From: Eledone cirrhosa
Taxonomy: Eukaryota
Assembly (NCBI GenBank): GCA_964016885.1
Contig: CAXHJY010000907.1
Span: forward strand, 1 to 64,000
Direction of reading: 5' to 3'
Length of the DNA: 64,000 bases
Shown here in pieces: positions 41,135-54,389 of this stretch. Numbering within the stretch: the first letter of the stretch is position 1; every line of letters begins with the position of its first letter. The translations under genes and the position numbers were made by a program. Below the pieces are notes generated by a model. It saw only the letters and a program-made list of their open reading frames with translations. It ran no database searches and had not been told where the DNA came from.

Positions 41135-42449
41135 TACAGGGGGGGGGGGGGGGGGGGAAATCAAAAAGTTCGCGGAATTTTATCATAGTAAGAAAAAAAA
41201 TAGATTAAAACAATATTAAACATGTCAGAACATTGTCACTGGGTTTTTACCTTGCTATTAGTCATTTGCAGTCAGTTATGCGTGGACTATTGTACAGTAC
41301 TGACACTCTTTAAAAAACCTCTTTTTGGAACAATGGAAAATAGTTATTTTGAGATAAGATCGAATATCAAGTTTCTGGTGAAACTCAAATGGAAAGGGAC
41401 ACAGATTATGGAGTTTTTAGTTAAAGTTTACAGTACTAGTGCTCCAAAGAAAACTGCTGTCTACAAGTGGATTCAGCGATTCAAACAAGGGAGAAACGAC
41501 TTTGAAGACGACCATCACAGTGGAAGACTAGGAACATAAAAAAATGACAAAAACGTTGAGGCTGCTCAGACTTTAATTGAAGAAGATCGAAGAATAACAG
41601 TTAATCAGTTAGCTAAGTTCCTAGACATTTCATATGGTTTGGCAAATTCAATTCTGCATGATAATTTGGGACTAAGCAAGCTTTCAGCGCGATGGGTCCC
41701 AAAAGCGTTGCGCCCTGATCAGCTGATTCTTTGACGATATTAAACAAAATTGAAGTTGATGAAGAGCATTTCCTGACCAGAATCATCACCGGAGATGGAA
41801 CCTGGATCTACCAGTATGATGCTGAATCCAAACAGCAGTCAAAACAGTGGCTTCCACGTGGATCATTGGGGCCAATCAAGTTCAAATCTCAAAAGTCGGA
41901 TCAAAAAGTGATGGCCACCATTTTCTGGGATTCAGATGGGGTGATACTAATAGATTATCTTGAAGGTCAAAGAACTGTGACAGGAGCTTACTATGCAAAT
42001 GTTTTAAGGGAGCTGAAAGAGGCTTTAGTCAAGAAATGAAAAGCGAAACTTCATGGTGGGATCTCGTTTCACCATGACAATCCACCAGCGCATTCTGCGT
42101 GGGTTGCAAAAGAAGTTCTTCGAGAATTTCGATGGGAAGTGCTTCCTCACCCGCCTTATAGTCCAGATTTAGCCCCATCAGACTTTTTCCTCTTTCCAAA
42201 ACTCAAAGAAATGCTAAAAGGAACCCGTTTTAGTGGTGTTGAAGAAGCTAAAAACACTGCCAACACATGGCTTCGAACAAGGCCTTCAACTTTCTTTAGA
42301 GACGGCTTACGAAGCTGGAAGCATCGCCTTGTCAAGTGTATTGACCTGGATAGCAACTATGTAGAAAAATAAATTGATGGTAAATCATATTTTTTGAAAA
42401 ATAGAATATTTTCTGAAAAATTCCGCGAACTTTTTGATCCCCCCTCGTA
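41135..42449 (+). mobile_element. Full-length mariner (Tc1/mariner, D,D34D) element
   Basis: Seen: TA flanks; TIRs ...ggggaaatcaaaaagttcgcggaattt / aaattccgcgaactttttgatcccccctcg; about 1.3 kb. Confidence 0.95.
41333..42372 (+). pseudogene. Inactivated mariner transposase
   Basis: Seen: MENSYFEIRSNIKF..., WVPKAL, TGDGTW, HDNPPAH and YSPDLAPSD with 34 residues between the 2nd and 3rd Asp, C-terminal NYVEK*. In-frame stops at 41537-41539 and 42037-42039, frameshift/deletion near 41730. Confidence 0.95.
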
Positions 42450-42451
42450 TA

Positions 42452-42904
<453 letters not shown>

Positions 42905-43813
42905 AGTGTACATTTAAACATGGATACATACATGTGTCCACAGTGTAATGTGGTTTGGGATTAGGAAAGGCACTTAGCTGTAGAAACTAAGCCAAAATAT
43001 AGATCTGAAAGAGCAAGATGTAGTCACCTGATTCGACTTGTCTCATAACGAGACAACCTACCTAACCCATGCAAACATGGAGTAACTGATGTTGGACAAT
43101 GATGATGTCTATTGTAGGTTTATCTAATCAATATCATCTACATAACTCATGCAAGCATGGAAAAATGGATGTAAAAACAATGATGATGGTGATATATAAT
43201 ACACCCTATAAGGTGGTTGGTGATTGGAATGGCATCCACTTGTAGAAAACTTGCCAAACAAAGGGTGGAGAGAACTCTTCAGCTGTATGAAAGATATGAC
43301 AACTTCCCCAGTGCTGGTGCTGCAATAAGGTGTACCTGGTGCACTCATTATAGTTTGGCAACATATATAAGCAAGATTCAGGTCTACAGTTCTTCTGAGA
43401 AGTCATTAAATTCAACTAAATACTGAATTGGTCTGTGAAAACCCATCCAACTCTTTCTAACAGGGAAAACGGATGTTAAATGATGATTATGATGATACGT
43501 ACAGATGTATGTATGTGTTCAAATATGGATTCATTTGAGAATTTGCATGTACTGGATTTTTAAGTCCCCACTGCACCCCACCCACCACCCAAAAAGAAGT
43601 TTTTAAAAACCATGCTAATGGAAAAATGGATGATGTGTGTGTGTATATATATATTGAAGAAACGTGAGTGTAAGGGAAGCTGAGCTAGAAAAACTCATTC
43701 AACACATGCAAAAAATGGGAGTATGATAATGATGATATATGCAAATGTTATTGATAGAATAGGTTTAAATCTTAATAAAATTTGCATACATATATATAGT
43801 GGTTGAGTAAAGC

Positions 43814-44025
43814 AAATTTGAAAGGTATGCATCCAAATGCAAATGACCATAATAATAGTTAATCAATATAAAAGATAGTTGAGAAAAACGGGTAAAGTAC
43901 CCCTGGTGATGGAGTGAATAGAAGTGTCTGCAACTAAATTTTTCCATATTCAGAGGTTATTTTCTGAACTAAAATTTATAGTGATTGATTATGGTAATTT
44001 GTATTGGGACGCACACTTTTCAAAT
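43814..44025. mobile_element. Second copy of the long-TIR MITE
   Basis: Seen: same TIR sequence as 23821-24032. Confidence 0.7.
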
Positions 44026-45317
44026 ATCTATCTATACATATATAGATAGATAGATAGATAGATAGATGAGTACATTTTTTTTAATAGACTTCTACCACAA
44101 ACAAAAGACTTCAAAAACAAGTAAAATTTTTGAAGTGAGCTAAATGGTAAATTGTGAATTTTACAAAATATTTTGGAGTTGTACTTGTCTAGCAAGTGAG
44201 TAAAGCAATTATAGTGTGGAAGAACCATTTTAGTCTTAGCCACAGTGGTACTTATTTGGCAAGAGATTTGATCTGAAACTAAAGCATTTACAGCATGGTC
44301 ATTTTGAAACAGGCAGAAAAAAACAAAAAAACAAAGTTAAATTTACCTTAGATTTATCATGTATATTTTTTTGTGTCAAAATGTTCCTCACACTGTTTGT
44401 AACCTGGTCACTGACATGGCACAGTTGCAGTGGAACAGTATCAGTGATCAATGACAAAAATGTTGACACCAAGAAATATATGATAAATCAAAGTGAGCTT
44501 AATAGTTTGTGAATGGCTAAACTAAAATGATTCTTTCAAAATAATATTTCATATCTCAAAGGTTACCATCCAGATCTAAAAGTTATTAATTACAGTAATT
44601 AAAAAAACAAACACCAAAAACAAATTACAAGAACTTTTAAATGAGATATACTCTACAACAAAAATAGTTCATTAAAAGAACTTGATTTTTTTTTTTTTTT
44701 AATCACAACATTGTAATAAAAGATATTTAAATGTTTAAAGTAACTATGTACTCATATGTACTTTTCTTTTTAGTTAAGAGAAAATATAACATCAAGAACA
44801 ACAACAACATAAACATGAAAAATAATATTAATTCCGAAGTTCATGTTTAATTAACTGCCTCAGAAGGAGAAAAAATTGCATTTATGTAATTACATTTCAT
44901 CAAATTTTCTATGGCGAAACTGAGAATGTAATGGTAAGTGAGCAAGGTTGTGTTCAAGTATTTCTCCAACAATTTCTTGTTTGAATTGATAAAATTACAA
45001 AAGGTTTTCTAATTAGCAAAGCAACCAGCCCACACTGTAAAGTGATTGTGTAGTTGCCATGACAAAAAGCACCCAGTACACACTGTAAAGTGGTTGTGTA
45101 ACTGCCATGATAAAAAACACTCAGTACACACTGTAAATGTGGTTGGCATTGGTAAAAGGTATCCAGCTGTAGAAACCAAGTCAAAATCAGTTCTGTAAGA
45201 GCAAGACATGGTCATCTGATCTGGCTTGTCTCACAACAGGACAACTCATCTAACCCATGCTAGCATGGTAAAATGGATGTTAAAAACGGTGATAATGATG
45301 ATGTATGAGTAGACCCC

Positions 45318-46090
45318 TGTACTGGGCATTTGTGGATCTGGAGAGAATCTTTCATGAGGTTCCCTACTCTTATTTAGTGAGCACTAGGGAAGCTTGGTGT
45401 GGACAAAAGGATCATGTGTGGAAGCAGGGTGTGAGTTAGCAGTGAGAATGATGATGAATTTGAAGTCCTCAGTCCACTTGTTTATTATTGTTCTGCAGGC
45501 TATGATGGGGGAGTTTGGAACAGGCATTGTGGGAGCTTATGTGTGCTGATCATCTGGCTCTTATAATTGAATTTGTGTAGAGTTGGAAGCAAAATTACAG
45601 ACATGGAGGAGGAATCTGGACTTAAGGGGGTTGACAGTAAGCTAGGCAAAAACTAAGGCCTTGGTACATGGGAAGGATGATAGGAATCTGATTCCATCAA
45701 GTGAGTCACCTTGTTTATTATGATGAAGAGAAGCAGTAGTTCCATAAGGTGCACATGAAATGTAATAGAATTACAAACAGGTTGACAGAGAAGATAGACT
45801 GTGTGCAGCTGATGCCCAGAGGAAGTTCGCATACATTTTTTCAATTGCCCAGGAGATACTTAAGAGGTTATTGCCAGATTTTGTTGCCTGGATGATCTAG
45901 TCGGCAATATATAGAGAGTGGAGAATGCTCTAAAAGTGTGGTAGCTGGAGGTTCGGAGAACTAATGCCTCTGTTGACAATGCGGGGGGAGGGGAGTTTAG
46001 TTGCATGAATGTGAATGTGGAGCAGAAGCTTAATTTTGCATCTCTTCTCAGAAAAAAATAATATAGCTGCATGATAAGAGCTTGTGATTT
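45318..46090 (+). mobile_element. Degraded RTE RT fragment
   Basis: Seen: gcatttgtggatctggagaga (AFVDLER), LSPL, ADxLALI remnants collinear with the 31-32 kb element. Confidence 0.7.
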
Positions 46091-46164
46091 AGTCCCCAAC
46101 AATGTACTTCACTTCTATGAACCACTTCAAAAACACAGGAGTTCTAACAATAAAAGACACTTAC

Positions 46165-46295
46165 CACTATGTTGCCAGAGCCCTCCGCAAAATGCAGACA
46201 CACTCAGGTAAAATCCAATTTAAGAGATTATTTCTTGATATTGAAGGTTTATTAAGTCTAAATTTAAATAACATAGGCCCACATTTTGACTGCTG
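46165..46295 (-). other. Candidate cassette/non-coding exon inside the long intron
   Basis: Seen: acceptor ccttattttctgtttctttCAG followed by CAGCAG, donor GTG|GTAAGT; 131 nt; frame 0 open for 42 codons then TAG; other frames close earlier. Confidence 0.4.
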
Positions 46296-46344
46296 CTGAA
46301 AGAAACAGAAAATAAGGAAGGTAAAATATAGCTTATAGGAAAAT

Positions 46345-46610
46345 GTACATACATCTTACAATTTATATGAAAATATAGATACATCTTACAATTTATATGA
46401 AAATATACATACATCTTACAATTTATATGAAAATATACATACATCTTACAATTTATATGAAAATATACATACATCTTATAGTTTATATGAAAATACACAT
46501 ACATTTTACAGTTTATATGAAAATATACATTCATCCTACAGTTTATATGAAAATATTCTATATATATTACAGTTTATATGAAAATATTCATACGTACATA
46601 TAGTATATAT
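46345..46610. repeat. 30-bp minisatellite (aaatatacatacatcttacaatttatatga), about 8-9 units
   Basis: Seen directly. Confidence 0.95.
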
Positions 46611-46826
46611 AAAAATATTCTATACATATTATAATCTATATCAGTGGAAGAATTTAAGAGGTCCACACTAAAAAAAAAATAAGTAAATTGGGGGTCCACA
46701 GTAGTATTTTAGTAGTTCATAAGAAAGTATCTTCATCTTTAGAGAAAGAAAACAAAACAAAGCAATTGGGCATAGAATTCCCTAGGGAATTAGAAACCAA
46801 AAGAAATGATATATATGCATGCGCGT

Positions 46827-46859
<33 letters not shown>

Positions 46860-49800
46860 ATTTCCCCCTTTGGGGAACATACACACCTCAAATATATATT
46901 TGTATTATATATATAAGCAATGGTGTTGGTGGTGGAAATAAAATAGTGGTTAGTTCTACAGCCAATGTCTCTAGGGAAAATAATTTGGAGATGGAATTCT
47001 AGTACAGATTGGTCCTGTAACTCCTGGGAGAGGGCATTTCTTTAAACCTGGCAGAGCCCATCACCTCTACAGATCTGAATACAGCAGAATTCTTTCAGAG
47101 AAGGAAAGGCTGATAGATTGGAAGCGAGAAAGAGATATAGAGGAATAATCAACCCCAGTATTGAACTGGTACTTTTTTTTATCAACCTTGAAAGGATGAA
47201 GGGTAAAGTTAACCCCGGTGGGATTTGAACTCAACAATGCAGAGAGTCAGAAAAATACCCTAAAGTATTATCTAACATTCTAATAACTCACTCCACACAC
47301 ACATATATATATATATTTATATATAAAGTCCGCAACCTGAGACTGGGGAATACTCTGTGCATGAGAAGAAGCTATATACATGCACATAAACATCAATTTG
47401 ATAATTCAAATGTTTATAGTATCTTTATGGATGGATAGATCAGTTTGAAAATCTGCAGTAAACTAAAGTAAAAACTTCAATTTTTAATGTGATGCAGTTA
47501 TAGTGATGTTTTACACTATTCAAGAAGGTATTACTAATGTGGTTTTCTGTGGCACTGGATGTTAAGAGTTAAATGAATATAGAAGTAATTTATTTAGTAC
47601 AATAAATAATCAAAACCTGAAAGAGTAATACACATGTTAAGATAATATTAAATCAAAATAACTGAAAAAGATTATTCCAACTGCTCATTTGAAATCCAAA
47701 TGGGTCATTTTTAACCATAATAGAATCCCTGTAACTTACACTGGGTGTAACTACATTATCTCAACTGTAAAAATCTGCTTGCAGCAAGCACAGCATAATC
47801 ATGGCCTAGAAAGCTAGCTCATAATAGAAGAAAAGAAACAAGACATATATACACAGTTTTAAAGATTTGACAGAATATAATGAATACTTTTAAGTCTAAC
47901 ACTACCCACCATACTTCTCTTGCTTTGAAATTATATACAATTTCTTTATGTAAAATGAGAAGACAAAGATGTAGAAGGGAGAAAGAGCTTCAAAGATATT
48001 TCCTGGTAACTTTGTGTAGATGTAATTAAACCATTTCATACCAACCAGTCTGAAACCACCCCCAGTTCTATGAAACTAAGCAGTTTATTTTAATGTGTTT
48101 GGATTTATCTAAAATCTTTCCATCATAATTCTTCATAAGAAAAAAGCCTTTCTTAAGTTATGCTCCAAACACTATCTTAATAATAAGAAAGTTATATTAT
48201 TAAACCCCTTTCAAAATGATTTGATAATGATAGGCAGAGTCTTTCATAAGAATATGATAACAGAAGGGTTAATCTGAAAACGTGTATAAGTTACATCTAA
48301 ATTATTCCAAAGAACTAAAATGTGATTCAATATTTATAGGGAATAAATATAAAAGTAATTAAAGTAAATTGAATATGACAAATACTGCTAAATATAGCTC
48401 TGAATATATTTTTATAACTTCAGTGTTTTCTTATCTAAATTTAGATATTTTAACAAAAAAGCATAAAATATAAATATAAGTTTCATAATTAGGCTTTCCC
48501 AGAATTTGAACATACTTTTTAATTAATGCTGCTAAAATGAACTAATAACCCAAGCTAACATGGAGAAATGGATGTTAAACGACGATGATGATGGTGAAGG
48601 AATGAATTGTCAAAGTTACACAAGCCAAACTTGGAGCATCTTTTCTAATTAACACTTTGATTGTCATATTTCTAATGAGACACTGCATATGATTTTAAAA
48701 TAATTTGGAAAATAATCAATTTGGAGGGATTTAATAATTTAACTAACTTTCTCATTATTAAGTTCATGTTTGGAACATAATTTAAATGTGCTTATATGAA
48801 ATTATGATTGAAGGTTTTTAAATAAATATGAATGCATTAACCCTTTAATAACACAGTTCTAACGAAAGACATTGCCTATGATTTAGAATAATTTTGAAAA
48901 TAATCACGAGTTTGGAGTGGTTTAGTAATAATATTACTAACTTCCTCATTGTTACGTTTGTGTTCAGAATATAAGTTAACAAAGATTTTGATATAAAATT
49001 AAGAGGAGAGGTTTTTCGAAAAATATAAACACTTCAATGCAAACAGTTTTGTATTAGAGAAACAAGGAGTTTCATGTGGTTTGGTTATGTCTTACTAGAG
49101 AGAAATATGTGAAATGCTTTGTTAATCATTTTGAAATCAATCTGGCCAAAATCAGTTCTGGTTTTACGACCCATTTTATAGGGCTCCTATTTAAATTAAA
49201 ATCTTCCAACATAATTTGAAATAAGAACCATCTTAATGAAATAACAATTTTTGTAAATGCTTCAAAATTCTTCATTTATTCATTAAAATAGAGTTTATTT
49301 CATCAGAAATATTGTCATAGAAAGGTAGAAATTCAAACAATAACATCAGATTGAAAATCTGAGCTGGTAAGAGACGATGAAATGATTAGAGTATTCTCAC
49401 TTGTTGGCTTTAAAGATCCAAGAATTTCTATCTACTAATCTTATTGGAGTTTATTTCCCTTGTATGTCTTTAGGGAGCTTTTGTCTACTCCCTATATTAA
49501 ATACATATGACTACAGTAATTTGTATTTTTTATGCAACTGTACAGAAGCTACTAAGTTTATGTTTATCTATTTTCAGCATTTCATTAATTATTAAAATAT
49601 TGTACTGAGTTTAAGTCCTGGAATAGTACTGGCAACTACTCTGGTGTATTTTACATCCAGCCTAAGAGATATAGAAATCAATAGTATGATCAAGAATAGA
49701 ATCTCCCTAGATACCCTTCAGTGGATAATAATAGATCCACAACTGATACCCATGTTCCAGCATTATTATCACTGTTTTTGTTACTATTTGGTACAAGAAG

Positions 49801-52800
49801 AATTGGTGCTGGAACTGAAATAAGGAGCATTTTAAGTTCAGTAATTGTTATATTACAAAAATGAAATGAATAGATAGGCCTTAACTACCACTACACACCT
49901 ATGTCTACTTACTGATTAGTCAGAGAAAGGGTATATCTTCAAACCAGCAACCTAGTGTGAATACTTGCAAAGAAGGCATTCTGTTAAAAGAACCCAAGAG
50001 CTAGATTGGTGAGGAAGAAGAAGAAAAACTTTGTCTAAATGCTTACAACACTGTGGACTGTAAAGGCACCTAAGGGCCAGGTTATGGCATTAATCTGGAT
50101 GACAGTCTATCATTATCATGTAATTCTACTAATTCCTCATTTTAAGTTACATGTAAAAAATTGCAGATTTTTTTTAAAAGGCTGTTAATTAAATCTAATT
50201 AAACATGCTAATGATGAAAAAAAAAACAAAAGACAACAAATTATCTTCTTTTCCTAAATTTGGAATCGAGAAAGTAAATGGAACCAGTTTCTGTTAAACA
50301 TTCAATTTAATAACCATAAATTGTTGTTGGACAGCTTCCATGTTTCAAGCAGGTCTATTGCTTGAAAGTAACCAATTAACTGTTTAAGAGTGACCCACAG
50401 ATTTACCATGCTTATTATATATTGTTTACATATGGCTCACACCATACACACTTATCTTAATTTACAGATTGTATCCACATACTGTATATTCCATCACACT
50501 ATATATAATTTGTACTTAAACATCCCTACTAAACTAACAAAATACAAGCTTAAACTGGCCCAAAACCACACTACACCACAAAAAACCCTTAATACCAGAT
50601 ACCTTTCAATGGGGATCTTAATTTACACAGTATCAGAGGTATGATACAATCTATATAATTTTTCTTTATACAACCCTACTCAATAATAGAATATAAGCCG
50701 TAAAAACATCACACAAAATACAATTATTCAGTTAAATTAAAATTAAAACCACAACAGAAAAACCATTTGTACAAAAGACCTTTCAATAGGAATCTTAGTC
50801 TACACATTGCATGTTCTAAGTGCAGCGAAGCAGTTTCCACATGTTGGTTATAATAATACACTATCCAGCCAGTTTTGTGTGTTAGGAGTTGTTTCAGGTT
50901 TAAGATAGTATACCATATCCCTGTATGTCATAAGAAGTAACTAAAAGGGTTGATACCAAAAAGGACACCCAGCTCTAAAAATGTGCCTAAAAAAGTACTC
51001 ATGTCATGCCAAAGACTAATAATTGCTTTAACAAGGAAAATATCAATCATTCATAATATAAAGCTGTTGTTTAGTACACAACTTAAATGTTCTTACATAA
51101 AATTATGTTGGAAGGTTTTAAGATAAGTATAAATACTTTAAAACAAACAGTTTTGTATTGTAGAACCAAAGACAATTTCAGGCAGTTTGATATGAAAAGG
51201 GTTAACAGCCAAGCAGGCTATGAATTTTTAAAAGTTTGTCCATTTTACTTCACTTTACTGATTGATGCCAGTAATGCTTTTATACAGGACACAGTTGAGA
51301 TATTGTAGTATTGCTCACTACAGAGGGTTTGACTCAGCAGAATATAACCTAGTTAAAATAAAATTACTGATCGAAACAAAGTTAAGTAGTCAGTGATTAG
51401 ATTTGTTTTCAGTAAGATACAACACAAAAATAAGTTATTACAACCTGAGTAATAGTTGCATAGCAACATTTTTCTCTGGCTTTATTTGTTTATTTATTAA
51501 TGATATAATATTGATCCTGCAGTGATAGCTAATAGGTGACACCACTGATTTGATGAAAATCAACTAGTGATAGAGTGAGATTTAACAATCTGATATTAAG
51601 TTATTGAAGAATATAATCTGTTCATTGATGAGAGTATTAACTTACAACAGAAAGTTAACAAGTATATTAAGCTGAAGAGTTTTTACACATCAAATTTCCT
51701 TGGAATTTTCAATGATTTTTTTTTTTAGTAAAACAAATTTGCTACTAAGATAAAAATGGCAAATTTTTAAAAAGCTCTTTAACTCTTATTACCATATTTC
51801 TAATGAAAGACAAACCCTATCATTTAAAAATAAATATATACTTATATTTATATTTCATACAGAAATGACTTCTATACGACTAGTAGTTTCATTTGTTTGA
51901 ATTCATCTCTGATTTCAAAGAAATTAAATTGTTCTAGTCCTGTAGAAGTCATTTCTATGTGAAATAAATATGTACCTTCACTGTATGCAGTACCATATTT
52001 AACTGTGGCTCTCTTCCAAAGAAACATTCTCAACTATATACACACACACATGTGTGTGTGTAAAGGCAAATATGGAAAATATGAGCAATCATAGTTCTGT
52101 ATAGTCTCGAACCATGATAACCTGTCTAACCCATGCAAGTGCGGAAAACTGAACTGTGTGTGTGAGTGTGTGCATGTGTAACTTTTGGATTTACATATGA
52201 AAGAAAAAATAGTTAATGTAATAGAATCTATTTATTAGAAGCTGAGACTCTCTCACCTTCATTGCTACACTGAGATTCCTGTTTCTACTGTGATGTCATA
52301 CCTTCAAATATATACATTCACACACAAACACATAGTGGTTAGTCACATGGAGTGCACCCAGCTGTAGAAATCATGCATAAAAGGGCTGGAAGGACCCTTC
52401 AGTTGTAGTGCATTAACATATATATAATAATAATACAAGGACGAATGGTTACTCCTTCATTACTTTTATTGGTGGGTGACACGCGTTTCGCTACTGATCA
52501 GCTCAAGGTTCGATCTGAATAGATCTAGTCCGACTCTGGAATCAAAAGCTCGTAGGACCTCCATGGTAGTAATGACAGAATATTATATTCCACTCTGTCT
52601 AGTTCTACACCTCGATACTGATGTGAACATAAACATCGAGTGCTCACCCGGGTGAACCTACAGTAACTCCGTGTTACACTCCATGGATATATATATGAGC
52701 CACACCTAAGACAGATGAGTATGCTCACCATCATCATCATCATCATCGTTTAACGTCCGTGTTCCACGCTTGCATGGGTTTGGACGGGGGTTTTCCCACT

Positions 52801-53015
52801 TGAGGCAAGAGTGGTTATCTTGCTCGCATAGGACTATCTGGTGGGTTTTCTACAGCTGGATGCCCTTCCTAACACCAACCACATTTACAGTGTGGGGCTG
52901 GGAGGTTTTTACCGTGTTGCCTACACGGCCACATTACAGCGTGAACTGTGTGTTTTTTGACGTGACACCTACACCTTTGGTTATTCAATTTTTAACTTCA
53001 CTACATATGTGTGTA

Positions 53016-53055
<40 letters not shown>

Positions 53056-53425
53056 AAAGACCCCATCTGTCATGAATAACCATGTTTTTTTGCACCTAGA
53101 AAGGTCCACCTCTGAGGCACAAACCCAGGCAAAATGCTTTTGTGGAAGACCAACAGTCACCTATGCATACCAATCTCTCCTCTTCACACCACTGATGTCG
53201 TCCAAAGGAAAGCCAAAGGCCGATACAGCTTGGCACCAGTAACATCACACATTTCTACAGCTGAGTGAACTGGAGCAACATGAAATAAAGGGTCTTGCTC
53301 AAGGACACAACACATCGCCAAGTCCAGGTGTTGAACTCACCTCAAGATTGTGAATCCAACTCTCCAACCACTAAGCCACACATACATATAAATAAACGAC
53401 AATGATAATTACATATGTATATCTT

Positions 53426-53469
<44 letters not shown>

Positions 53470-53638
53470 TATTGTAAAATATACAATACCACAACAGAGG
53501 TCCGACAAGATTTTGATTTAAGAGCCGGCTTGATTAATACAGATTGAACCTTGAGCTGATTGATAGTGAAACGCGTGTCACTACTCAATAAACATAATGA
53601 AGACATAATAAATCTTCCTTATTATTATTATTATTATA

Positions 53639-53838
53639 GGGCGGTGGATTGGCAGTATTGGTAGAGGGTCGGAGACCATGCTTTCAGCATAGTTACATCC
53701 CTTTACGGACTGAGTTCAAATCCCGCCGAGGTTAACTTTGCCTTTCATCCTTACGGGGTTGATAAGATAAAGTACCAGTAATGTACTGGGTAATTGCTGG
53801 CCTTGTGCCAAAAGTAGAAACAATTATTATTATTATTA
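53639..53838 (+). mobile_element. tRNA-headed SINE with Meta-like central domain, inserted in (ATT)n
   Basis: Seen: B-box-like gagttcaaatccc, core actttgcctttcatccttacggggttgataa..aagtaccag. Near-identical copy at 17846-18030; fragments at 17660-17790, 22100-22720, 24060-24310, 47150-47280, 59570-59900. Confidence 0.75.
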
Positions 53839-54037
53839 TATATAACCCATGTTAGTGTGGAAAGTGAAGTTAAATGATGATGATATGTAAGATATTGAAT
53901 TTGTAAAATTCTTTACGTCTCCAGGGTTTATATGCCTAACTTAAAACTATTTTCCATAGCCAAACAAGGTTGATGCTTTTAACTTTCAAATTCAACCTTC
54001 CTATTGCTCAATGGTTCTAAAAGTAGATTGTTTACTC

Positions 54038-54070
<33 letters not shown>

Positions 54071-54074
<4 letters not shown>

Positions 54075-54354
54075 AAAGTTAAACAAGGTTCAATGAATAC
54101 ATCAAAGAATGAGTTTTACAATAGATTGGAAGCACTCAACAAGTAAAGGTTTTCCAGAGTTAATAATATTAATTCAAAATATTAACAAAATACTACCATG
54201 ACTGAATCTTAACCATCTACTATGTCAGGGTATGTCATGCATCATCCTATTTTATCTGATGAGGATGTACTGTTAAACTTAACTCAGTACCTCTGAAATA
54301 TGTATAATAAAATATAATTGATCACAAGAATATCTATTTTGTTAATATTTTGAA

Positions 54355-54360
<6 letters not shown>
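54071..54360 (+). mobile_element. Penelope-like element remnant between (TA)n tracts
   Basis: Seen: hammerhead motif plus a 26-bp inverted repeat (tattaattcaaaatattaacaaaata at 54167-54192 vs 54335-54360), flanked by TA microsatellites. Known: PLE ends carry hammerheads and inverted tails. Confidence 0.55.
54248..54314 (+). ncRNA. Type I hammerhead ribozyme motif
   Basis: Seen: stem I tattttat/ataaaata (8 bp), CUGAUGA 54256-54262, stem II ggatgtactg/cagtacctct (one mismatch, one G-U), GAAA 54295-54298, short stem III ata/tat, AUA cleavage triplet ending 54306. Confidence 0.7.

Positions 54361-54389
<29 letters not shown>

Noticed and set aside
46220-46603. Repetitive ORFs and an array that could be mistaken for CRISPR
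   Set aside because: Head-to-tail 30-bp minisatellite with no unique spacers; eukaryotic context, no cas genes.
49914-49981. Minus-strand AG...GTAAGT bounded segment
   Set aside because: Weak pyrimidine tract and stops in all frames; likely pseudo-exon.
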